Shown: piece by piece, positions 33,138 to 41,185 of the stretch
Position numbering within the stretch: position 1 is the first letter of the stretch
Layout of the letters: each line of letters begins with the position of its first letter
NCBI GenBank assembly: GCA_964549685.1
Contig: CAZJVE010000002.1
Coordinates: 5,246-69,245 of the forward strand
Direction: 5' to 3'
Source of the DNA: an uncultured archaeon
Lineage (GTDB): Archaea; Altiarchaeota; Altiarchaeia; IMC4; QMZM01
DNA: 64,000 bases
Notes under the pieces: model-generated
Told to the model about the DNA's origin: nothing
What the model saw: the letters and a program-made list of their open reading frames with translations, nothing else
Databases searched by the model: none
Made by a program: the position numbers and the translations under genes

Positions 33138-33666
33138 CCTTAATCTTTTTAGCTATTTCAGCTCTGAGCTCTTCTTTTTCTTCTTTCGATATTCCAGCAC
33201 ATCCCTCTTTGCTGACTAATGAATCTACCATGTTAACTGCAAAATCAATTCGTTTTTCTTTTGGCATGTAAGGAAACATAGCATCAAGGCAATGCGGCAT
33301 CATCTTCATCATCATATTTGGCATCAGCATACCTCCATCAACATTATCCTTACCCATCATTTTCATCATTGCCGGCATCATTTTTTCCATGAATTTCGGC
33401 AGTGCATCCATTAGTTTAGGAATTGCTTCACTTAGTGAAGTAACTCCCTTCAATATTTCAGGAAACAATTTTTTAAGAATATTAAACACATCATCTAAAC
33501 TGATGTTTTTCATCATCCCACTCATCATCTGTGGCATAACCTCTGCCATATCGACGCCTTCCATCATCTTTGGCATCATCTTAAGCATCATATCCTCTTT
33601 CTCCTCTTTACTCATTCTAGAAATCATCATATCCATCATCTTATCCATTATCCCCATTTTACCCAC
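33133..33666 (-). CDS. extremely methionine-rich protein (38 Met in 177 aa)
   Basis: The sequence contains MGKMGIMDKMMDMMISRM...MMPKMM...MPQMMSGMM...KMMPAMMKMMG...MLMPNMMMKMMPHC. A strong SD (GGAGGTG) lies 7 nt upstream of the ATG. It has its own TATA-like element and a tandem 9-mer, CTATCTTAA x2, at 33686..33703. Confidence 0.65.
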   Translation of the reverse strand: MGKMGIMDKMMDMMISRMSKEEKEDMMLKMMPKMMEGVDMAEVMPQMMSGMMKNISLDDVFNILKKLFPEILKGVTSLSEAIPKLMDALPKFMEKMMPAMMKMMGKDNVDGGMLMPNMMMKMMPHCLDAMFPYMPKEKRIDFAVNMVDSLVSKEGCAGISKEEKEELRAEIAKKIKA

Positions 33667-33731
33667 CTCCTCAAAATTATCTATCCTATCTTAACTATCT
33701 TAACGATACTATATTAATCATTTTTCTGACG

Positions 33732-34706
33732 TTAACCCTCTCTCCTTTCCCTGTGTCTGGGCTCGAGTTCGTTCTCCTTGGCGAACTGGTCCAGTATTCC
33801 TCCCACCTTCACTTTCCTTGTGAGGTAGTCGGCAATCCTGACGGGGTACAGCTGCGGGTGGAGGAGGTCGTCCTCCCTAGCCCAGATTGCGACGAGGTTC
33901 TCCAAATCAGGGACGAAATCGGGGTATGCGAACTCCCACTTTACTGTGAGGGGGCTGCTCTTTCTGGAGGGAACATAGCTCAGCGCCTTCGAGGGCAGTT
34001 TCACATAGCAAATATTGACGCCGTCCTGCTCCTGCACCACGAACTCGTTCTCCTCGAGGGCGAGGTCGAACACCGCGATGTCCGTCAGCTTGGTTCCAAG
34101 GGACCTGGCGATTCCTACTGATGCAGAGTCCTCGACCATGCCGACGAGCCTTCCGGAATCCCTCAGCTTGTTGTAGAGGTTCATCAGCGTTTCACTGCCC
34201 TTGATTCTCTTGAGAACGGTGGAGATGCTGCCGTCGAGGAGGAGGTAGTCTGCATTGGAATCCATCTCCTTGAAGGAGTCCAACAATGATTTGTATTCAT
34301 ATGCGACTCTAATAATATTTGAATTCTCCTCAATTCCATCATGGTTTTCAAATTTTCCGATGTCGAGAGTTGAGTTGTACTGCAGGTCCCTGTAAAGTAT
34401 CTTCCTGCCGCCGACCAGCGGGTCTTCATGCATCGAGTTGTCGAAGATTCCGAAAAGGCTCACGGCATGAATCGCCCAGAGGGCTGCGAACCTCATCTCC
34501 TTGGACACAATGGATGAGTCGACTGCCAGAATCCTGGTCTCCCCTTCCTGAGCCCCGGGGTTCAGCTTCTTTATCGCGAACTGCGCCGATACTGCATCCC
34601 TCAGCTCTGCAGAATCAACATCTATGTGAATGGACTCTTTCAGTTTCAGAAACTTGTCCTCCAGAATCTCAGCATTAAAATCAAAATCAGGTGTTAGTTC
34701 CTTCAT
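33732..34706 (-). CDS. NurA-like nuclease
   Basis: The motifs RILAVDSS (N-terminal catalytic Asp) and YLLLDGSI are typical of the NurA domain. It is 324 aa and overlaps the upstream HerA-type ATPase gene by 20 nt. Confidence 0.65.
   Translation of the reverse strand: MKELTPDFDFNAEILEDKFLKLKESIHIDVDSAELRDAVSAQFAIKKLNPGAQEGETRILAVDSSIVSKEMRFAALWAIHAVSLFGIFDNSMHEDPLVGGRKILYRDLQYNSTLDIGKFENHDGIEENSNIIRVAYEYKSLLDSFKEMDSNADYLLLDGSISTVLKRIKGSETLMNLYNKLRDSGRLVGMVEDSASVGIARSLGTKLTDIAVFDLALEENEFVVQEQDGVNICYVKLPSKALSYVPSRKSSPLTVKWEFAYPDFVPDLENLVAIWAREDDLLHPQLYPVRIADYLTRKVKVGGILDQFAKENELEPRHRERREG
33885..33911. repeat. 27-nt direct repeat, copy 2 (inside the NurA-like coding region)
   Basis: On the minus strand it encodes PDLENLVAIW of the NurA-like protein. 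See copy 1 at 33111..33137. Confidence 0.7.
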
Positions 34707-37700
34707 TCTTTCCGCTCTCAGCCTCCTTCAGCTCCTTGTCTATCGCCTCTCTCCTGGCCCTCAGATCGTCCATCTTCTTCCACTCTTCTTCCATCTGCGT
34801 GAAGATCTCCCAGCCCTCGCCCTTACCTTCCAGCTCGCCGATTTTCTTCTTCTCCGCCTCTATCTCCTGCTCTACCCTCTGTTTTTTCATTCTCAACTCC
34901 TCTATATTCGCTGCAGGGACCTCAACTCCCTCTGGCTTGGCCTCTTCTGGTTTCGGTGCAGTGCTAGGAGCGGCCTCTTTAACCGGAGCTGCCGTGGTTG
35001 TCGATGGCGCAGACACCTCTGACTCCAGACCAGATCTGATTTTTGCCAGCTCCTTCTCCAGGGCCTCCCTCTCTGCCCTCATATCGTCCATCATCTTCCA
35101 CTCCTGCTCCATCTTCTGGAAGTCATCCCAGCCGACGTCTCCCTTCTTCGGTTTCTTATCCCCCAACTCCTCTTTCTTCCCCTCGAGCTCCGTTATCTTC
35201 ACCTCCCGCTCGATTATGCCCTTCCACTTGTCCTTCATTTCCTTCAGCTCGTCATGGAGCTTATCCTTATCCTCTACGAGACCCTTTCTCTCCTCCCTCA
35301 CCTTGATCTTACTTTGCTTCCTCTCGGCATCGAGCCTCTTCTGCAGCTCTTCGTCGCTCTTCTTCAGGCCCTCCCTCTTGGTGGCGTCTTCTTCCAGTGC
35401 AACCTGGCCAAGAATATCCTTCCTCTTCGCGATTCCGCTCTGGATTTCACCGACCATCTTCTGCGCTACCTTCTCCTCCTTGGCGCCTATCTCCTTGTCC
35501 ATCTGAAGAATCATCTCCTTGTCCCTGCTTATCATCTCTCTGCGCTCTCCAATCATCTTCTCCGCCTTCTTCAGGGCGTCCTCCTTTTTCTGTGCATCTT
35601 CCTTTAACCTCTGCTCCTCCTCCACCTGCTTCTTCTTCTCCTGTTCAATCTCTGTCGTCTTCATATCGCTGAGTTCCTTCAGCTTCTCCTCCCCGATTCT
35701 CAGCTTCTCCTTCTCCTTGAGGGCAACCTCCTCCCTGAGTATCTTTATCTTCTTGTGCTTCTTCAGGAGCTCCAGAACCTGGGCCCTGCTCTTGAGCTTT
35801 ATCTCCTCGGCCTCGAGCTCACCTATTATCTTCTCTTCGTCCTCCCTCAGTTTCCTCTTCTCCTCCTCTATCTTCCTCATGGTCTCTTCCTGCTTCTGCC
35901 TGAGACTCGTCTCCCTATCACCTATCCTCTTCTCCTCTTTGTCCAGGATTGCAGAGAGTTCCCTCTCGTACGCCTTTATCTCTTCATCCCTCTTTGCGTC
36001 CCACTCGGATTTTATGGCCCGCTCCTCCTCGGAAATCTTGCCTGTCTTCAGCCTCTCAACATAATCCTCTATCCTCTCTGCGAGAGAATCGATGTAGAGG
36101 TCGACAATGCCGAACGAGCCGCCCTTTATGTTGTCTATGGCAAGCTTCATCTCCAACTCTATGTCGAAGATGTCCAGCTCCGCCTTCCTGAGGGTTTCGA
36201 GCTTAGGCATGAATCCATCAATCTTTTCGTTATACTTCGCATACTGTCCAAGCTTTTCGTTGGACATGCTGTTCGCGTTGTGAAGGGCCGGCCTGAAGCT
36301 TACAAAGTAGGGGTTGCCCTTGTTGTATTCAGGATTCTGCAGCATGCCCTCCCCGACATTGGCCTTGACCACTGACTGGTAGATGTAGCCTCCATACTTC
36401 AGGTTTATCCTGTCCAGATCCTCCTTGTACCGGGTCTGCATCTGAATCTCCGTCCCTATGTTTGCCTTTATCTGGCCTATGAAGTCCTTTAGAACTTGTG
36501 ATATGAGAATCACGCCGATTCCGAAGCGCCTGAATTCCCTCACGGCCTTCTCTATCTGGACGAAGCCCTTGCCGACCCCGCCGAACTTCGGCAGAATCCT
36601 GTGAATCTCGTCAAACACCAGGATTACCTTGAGCTTTGGGCTGTCACCGAACTTTGCGCTGAATATGTCCTCTATAGCATTCGATATGAACACCTCCATG
36701 TCGGGATTGTTCAGCTCCCTCATGTAGAAGACGCTTATCTCTCCGGGATGTATGTGGTGCTTCAGGTCTATCCTCTGGTTGGCGTCTTTTATCGCATAAA
36801 CGTTGCCCTTGAAGGCCTTCGCGTCTGCATTCTTCATCTTGTAGTTGCCATACCTCTTGAACATCTCATCATCCTTGTTTGGCTCCAGGAAGCCGGTCCA
36901 CTGGGCGGTGGGGTCGAACACTATAACGGAGACGTCGCTCTTCATCAGCGCCTCCTCGACGAGCACCTGGGCAGAGTGGGTCTTTCCGCAGCCAGTTGTT
37001 CCTGCCATTAGGGTATGTGATGCAAGCGAATCCAGATAGAGATAAGCGTCGGCGTTCATCTCCGCTATCTTCCCCATGTATCCTGATTTCGGACCCTTGT
37101 GCGGAAGCGCGTCAAATTTGATTGACTCCAGATACCTCTTCCTCCTTTCACGCCCCTTTTTGTACCTCCCGTAAAAGGACATGAGGATTCCAAGCGCGAT
37201 GAGCAGGAAGAACCCCAGTACTATCCTGGCGCCCGTAATCTCTGCGATAATCGGGTCAAGCCTGTCAATAAGTGACCTTCTGATAGTAAGCTTCTCGACG
37301 TCGCTCGCCTTCGCTGTTTTGTTCCCCTCCCCCGTATAATAGAGAACCCCAGTAATCTCATATTCCGTGTCCACAACCTCCCAGGGGATTATCAGTTCAG
37401 TGCTTGTTTCAAGCACGACGTTCTCCGGCAGTATGATTCCGCTTTCCTTCTTGACCACAATGGTGCCCATTGCTGGGTCCTTCATTATCACTTCCAGGAG
37501 GGTTTCCGTCCTTCTCTGGACCAGGTTGGATATCTTGGACCTGACGACGACGGTGCCCCCTGGTTTGTTCTCAATACTGTCCAGCCCTATATCCAGGTCC
37601 AGGGAGACCTCCGTCACAACCTCGAGGACCTCGAGTTTTAGCGGTATCGTCCTTACCTTTCCGTTAACGTTTATGAGTACGTCTCCCTCATAGAGCCCTG

Positions 37701-38016
37701 GGTTGGAATTCTTGTTTATGTAGCCCCTTACTCTCAGATATCCCGTCTCATTGGGTGCTATCCTGACGTAACCCTTCTCTATCTCAGGGACTATATTCTT
37801 AATCCCCTGGCTTATGGAAGAAACCTCGACAAGTATCCCTTCATCGTCGTTGTTCGTTATGGTCAGCAGACTGTCGACAAAATCCCCCGCATATTCCCTT
37901 ACAGATATATTGCTGGGCGTTATCTCCACCGACTGCCCGGATACAGAGGCAATACTAACCAGAAGTAGGAGCGCAACCAAAAATCCTGTGTTTAATCTGT
38001 TATTGTGAATATGCAT
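34687..38016 (-). CDS. membrane-anchored HerA/FtsK-superfamily (DUF87-type) ATPase with extracytoplasmic N-domain and ~470-aa C-terminal coiled coil
   Basis: A signal peptide (LVALLLLVSIASVSG) leads into a ~260-aa beta-rich ectodomain and then a TM helix (IVLGFFLLIALGILMSF). Walker A is MAGTTGCGKTHSAQ and Walker B is KVILVFDEIHR. A long E/K-rich coiled coil follows, ending in a duplicated W..F..ME.EWK.MDD.RA.REA motif. Confidence 0.8.
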   Translation of the reverse strand: MHIHNNRLNTGFLVALLLLVSIASVSGQSVEITPSNISVREYAGDFVDSLLTITNNDDEGILVEVSSISQGIKNIVPEIEKGYVRIAPNETGYLRVRGYINKNSNPGLYEGDVLINVNGKVRTIPLKLEVLEVVTEVSLDLDIGLDSIENKPGGTVVVRSKISNLVQRRTETLLEVIMKDPAMGTIVVKKESGIILPENVVLETSTELIIPWEVVDTEYEITGVLYYTGEGNKTAKASDVEKLTIRRSLIDRLDPIIAEITGARIVLGFFLLIALGILMSFYGRYKKGRERRKRYLESIKFDALPHKGPKSGYMGKIAEMNADAYLYLDSLASHTLMAGTTGCGKTHSAQVLVEEALMKSDVSVIVFDPTAQWTGFLEPNKDDEMFKRYGNYKMKNADAKAFKGNVYAIKDANQRIDLKHHIHPGEISVFYMRELNNPDMEVFISNAIEDIFSAKFGDSPKLKVILVFDEIHRILPKFGGVGKGFVQIEKAVREFRRFGIGVILISQVLKDFIGQIKANIGTEIQMQTRYKEDLDRINLKYGGYIYQSVVKANVGEGMLQNPEYNKGNPYFVSFRPALHNANSMSNEKLGQYAKYNEKIDGFMPKLETLRKAELDIFDIELEMKLAIDNIKGGSFGIVDLYIDSLAERIEDYVERLKTGKISEEERAIKSEWDAKRDEEIKAYERELSAILDKEEKRIGDRETSLRQKQEETMRKIEEEKRKLREDEEKIIGELEAEEIKLKSRAQVLELLKKHKKIKILREEVALKEKEKLRIGEEKLKELSDMKTTEIEQEKKKQVEEEQRLKEDAQKKEDALKKAEKMIGERREMISRDKEMILQMDKEIGAKEEKVAQKMVGEIQSGIAKRKDILGQVALEEDATKREGLKKSDEELQKRLDAERKQSKIKVREERKGLVEDKDKLHDELKEMKDKWKGIIEREVKITELEGKKEELGDKKPKKGDVGWDDFQKMEQEWKMMDDMRAEREALEKELAKIRSGLESEVSAPSTTTAAPVKEAAPSTAPKPEEAKPEGVEVPAANIEELRMKKQRVEQEIEAEKKKIGELEGKGEGWEIFTQMEEEWKKMDDLRARREAIDKELKEAESGKNEGTNT

Positions 38017-38056
38017 TGTAGCCTGATTGGTTGAATTCCGCCACGGAAGTCATGCG

Positions 38057-38782
38057 TTATTCCTTTGCACCATCTTCCTTCAATAGAGTGAATGGAACCT
38101 CTTTCGAGGATATCGAAACTCCCTCAGATGTGATGGTGACCGGCCTTATGTCCGAAACTATCTTCGTACCCCGTATTTTCACAACCCAGATACATCGCTC
38201 ATTATTGGCTCTATATCTCGACCAGAACATTATTATGAGGCCATCGGATAGAAAGTGCTCTGCCCCGTATCTCAGCTTCAGAAAGCTCTCCGAGAGCTCC
38301 GCGGTCATTAAAGTCGTGCACTTGTTCTTCCTCATCATCTCAAGGAATCTCAGCATATGGATTCTCCTGGAGGCTTCCTCCTTGAAGAGGTAGTTGAAGA
38401 GAGTTACTGAATCGAGGACCATCCTGCTGGCCTGGGTCTCCTTTATTACGTCTCTTAGAATTCCAAAGTCCATGCCCAGGTCCATATCGGTTCCTTCAAA
38501 AATCTCTCTCCCGAGAATGGCTATCTTCCCGGCATCCTCGTACTCCCTTACGTTCCACCCAAATCCTGCCGCATAGTTTTCCACGTCCTCTACGGTATCC
38601 TCTACCGTTATGTAAACGCCTGGGTCATCATACTTGGCAACTCCGTTGTAGATGTACTGCATTGCAAGATTACTCTTTCCTATCCCTGGAGGCCCAGAAA
38701 TAACGGTAGTGCTGCCCTTGGGCAGACCCCCGTCCATCATATCGTCGAGCCCGGGAATTCCGGTCTTTAGCTTTTCTACCAT
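38057..38782 (-). CDS. KaiC/RadA-like single-domain RecA-superfamily ATPase
   Basis: Starts KTGIPGLDDMMDGGLPKGSTTVISGPPGIGKS (Walker A). It is 241 aa, typical of archaeal KaiC-like ATPases. Confidence 0.85.
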   Translation of the reverse strand: MVEKLKTGIPGLDDMMDGGLPKGSTTVISGPPGIGKSNLAMQYIYNGVAKYDDPGVYITVEDTVEDVENYAAGFGWNVREYEDAGKIAILGREIFEGTDMDLGMDFGILRDVIKETQASRMVLDSVTLFNYLFKEEASRRIHMLRFLEMMRKNKCTTLMTAELSESFLKLRYGAEHFLSDGLIIMFWSRYRANNERCIWVVKIRGTKIVSDIRPVTITSEGVSISSKEVPFTLLKEDGAKE

Positions 38783-38820
38783 TTTAACACCGTATTATTT
38801 TATTAACAGGATACTTTATA

Positions 38821-39702
38821 TCATATCTCCGTCCTGAGGACGTTCATCTCTCTCTTCAGGAGATGGAGTTGCTGGGTATCTATCGTTGAAGGGTCCAGGG
38901 GGACTATGAGCCTTGAATTGCTCATGGAGATGCTGTCCTTCAGGGACTGGACGAACTGCAGAATCTCCTTGTAGCCGTTCTGGACTATTAAATATTCAAG
39001 GCCGTCGAGCATTATAACGCTTTCACCGACCTCCTTCATGAATTCCTTCATCGTGTGGCTCAATTCCAGCAGGTCCGTTGGCTCGATGTTCTTCTCCTCC
39101 GTCTTCTCCCTTGTCAGCCAGATTATCGGCGTTCTCTCGAGCTCGTACACCTGCCTTATCTGCGCCGGGTTCTGTCTCGTTATGTAAAGGCCGCTGATTC
39201 CGTGGGTTACTAAATCGACAAAAATTTCATTGCTCTTGATTGGCTTTTCCTCATTGACCATGTAGGTCTTGCCCTCGTCCAGCCTGTGCCTCATCTTCGC
39301 ATAGCTTCTCCTCTCCGCTACTGCCTTTATGGGCGCGAACTCATACTTCTTCCCCTCCTCCATCGGCGAGTAGAGGAGATAGGCCCCCACGGTCATCGAA
39401 ATGGCCACAATGGTCCTGCCGACCACGCTCATAAGCTGGATTACGGGGTCGCTGCTGAAAATCAGATAGATGCTCGATATGTTAAACAGCAGGATTCCAA
39501 GCACTCCAATAAAGAGCCAGGTCCATGCCCTGGATCCCTTCGCGCCCTTGGTGTACAGCTTCCTGTAGAGCTTAATCCAGATAACGACGGCAAGAAGCGA
39601 GATTACCACTGCGAATATGTTAGTCAGAAATTCCGTGGTGGGGAAGACCTCCCCCATAACAGATATCACCTTCCCTAAAACAGGCATCGTTGTCCCATCC
39701 AT
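38821..39702 (-). CDS. membrane protein with C-terminal DUF835 domain
   Basis: Four N-terminal TM helices. The C-terminal domain has GLYITRQNP...IIWLT...VIMLDGLEYLIVQNGYKEILQFVQSLKD...LIVPLDP, which matches the DUF835 pattern. Confidence 0.75.
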   Translation of the reverse strand: MDGTTMPVLGKVISVMGEVFPTTEFLTNIFAVVISLLAVVIWIKLYRKLYTKGAKGSRAWTWLFIGVLGILLFNISSIYLIFSSDPVIQLMSVVGRTIVAISMTVGAYLLYSPMEEGKKYEFAPIKAVAERRSYAKMRHRLDEGKTYMVNEEKPIKSNEIFVDLVTHGISGLYITRQNPAQIRQVYELERTPIIWLTREKTEEKNIEPTDLLELSHTMKEFMKEVGESVIMLDGLEYLIVQNGYKEILQFVQSLKDSISMSNSRLIVPLDPSTIDTQQLHLLKREMNVLRTEI

Positions 39703-39759
39703 GGGGCACCTCTTTATTAAGCTTAATAGTAAGTAATATTACATCAGACCCCTATAAAA

Positions 39760-40995
39760 ATGTGCCTATCGATAGCGGAAGAGCAACTTATCGAGCTCGC
39801 TAAACGGTTTGGAACTCCCCTTTACGTCTATAGCGAAAGCAGAATCAGGGAGAATTTCCGGGAATTCAAGGCCGCCTTTCCTAATGCAAAGGTATGCTAC
39901 GCCTACAAGGCAAACACATCTCTTGCCATATGCAACATCCTGCGCCAAGAAGGGGCATCTGCCGATGTGGTATCAACAGGCGAGCTCAGGACGGCCCTCA
40001 AGGCCGGCGTAAAGCCCGAGGACATAATTTTTACGAATAATGCAAAGACAAGAGAGGAACTGGAATTTGCAATTGATTATGGAGCCATCATCGATGTGGA
40101 TTCACTGGATGAGTTGAATTCCATTGCCGAGATTGGCAAGCCTGCAAAAATCTCCTTCCGCGTGAATCCCGCAGTCGACCCGAAGACTCACCCGAAGATA
40201 GCCACTGGCATGAAGGGTTCGAAGTTTGGATTGCATCTGGAGAAGGACATCGCGCTGGAGGCATGTAAGAAAGCCAGCCAGCTCGACAACATAACAATCG
40301 TTGGAGTGCAGATGCACATCGGCTCTCAGATAACGGACATGACTGCCTTTGAGGATGCTACCAAAAAGCTCATGGACTTCGTGCTGCAGCTGAAGGAGTT
40401 GGACATAACCCTAAAGTTCATCGACATCGGCGGAGGGCTCGGAATCTCCTACAAGGGAGAAGAAACCCCGAAGCCAAAGGACCTTGCAGACAAAGTCCTC
40501 CATATAATAAAAGAATATAATAATAAGCTTGGTTATGAGCCGGAGCTCTGGCTCGAGCCCGGCCGCTACCTTGTTGCTAATGCAGGGGTCCTCCTCTGCC
40601 AGGTGCAATCAGTCAAGAAGACCCCCTACAGGAATTTCGTTAATGTAGACTGCGGCTTCAACACCCTTGCAAGGCCGGCGATGTACGACTCCTTCCACCG
40701 CATCAAGGCCCTCGGCAAAACAGGAGCAGAAGAAACCTACGACATAGCCGGAAACATCTGCGAGTCAGGGGACATCCTTGGAAAGGACAGGCAGCTCCCT
40801 GCCCTGGAGCATGGAGACATTCTCGCAGTCCTGGACGCAGGGGCATACGGATTCTCCATGGCGAGCAGGTACAACGCAAGGCCCCGCCCGGCGGAAATCC
40901 TGGTCAGGGAGAATTCGACTGAAATCATCCGCGAGCGCGAGACCTGGGACGACCTCTGGAGAGGCGAGAAGGTCCCTGATGATTTGAATAGATAG
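39760..40995 (+). CDS. lysA: diaminopimelate decarboxylase
   Basis: A FGTPLYVY N-terminus, the YAYKAN PLP-lysine region, and CESGD near the C-terminus. Confidence 0.95.
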   Translation: MCLSIAEEQLIELAKRFGTPLYVYSESRIRENFREFKAAFPNAKVCYAYKANTSLAICNILRQEGASADVVSTGELRTALKAGVKPEDIIFTNNAKTREELEFAIDYGAIIDVDSLDELNSIAEIGKPAKISFRVNPAVDPKTHPKIATGMKGSKFGLHLEKDIALEACKKASQLDNITIVGVQMHIGSQITDMTAFEDATKKLMDFVLQLKELDITLKFIDIGGGLGISYKGEETPKPKDLADKVLHIIKEYNNKLGYEPELWLEPGRYLVANAGVLLCQVQSVKKTPYRNFVNVDCGFNTLARPAMYDSFHRIKALGKTGAEETYDIAGNICESGDILGKDRQLPALEHGDILAVLDAGAYGFSMASRYNARPRPAEILVRENSTEIIRERETWDDLWRGEKVPDDLNR

Positions 40996-41095
40996 TAGAG
41001 AATTATCTAGTTCTAGCTGGGGAATTCACGTGTCGTCGAGCCTATCATACGACCTGGGCGAAGACGGCACCCGGGTGTGAACTGACCGTGACAGT

Positions 41096-41148
41096 TCAGC
41101 GCTCATAAGTTTCATCATAGCCGAAGCTCAGCTGCGCGTTGTCATCAC
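41096..41148 (-). ncRNA. C/D box sRNA (2'-O-methylation guide)
   Basis: Minus strand reads GUGAUGA (C) - CAACGCGCAG - CUGA (D') - GCUUCGGCU - AUGAUGA (C') - AACUUAUGAGCG - CUGA (D). A TTATATATT TATA-like element is ~23 nt upstream. It lies in a 190-nt intergenic gap. The 10-nt first spacer is shorter than the canonical 12 nt. Confidence 0.6.
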
Positions 41149-41185
41149 TGTATGATATATAACAGCGATTGAATATATAATCGCG

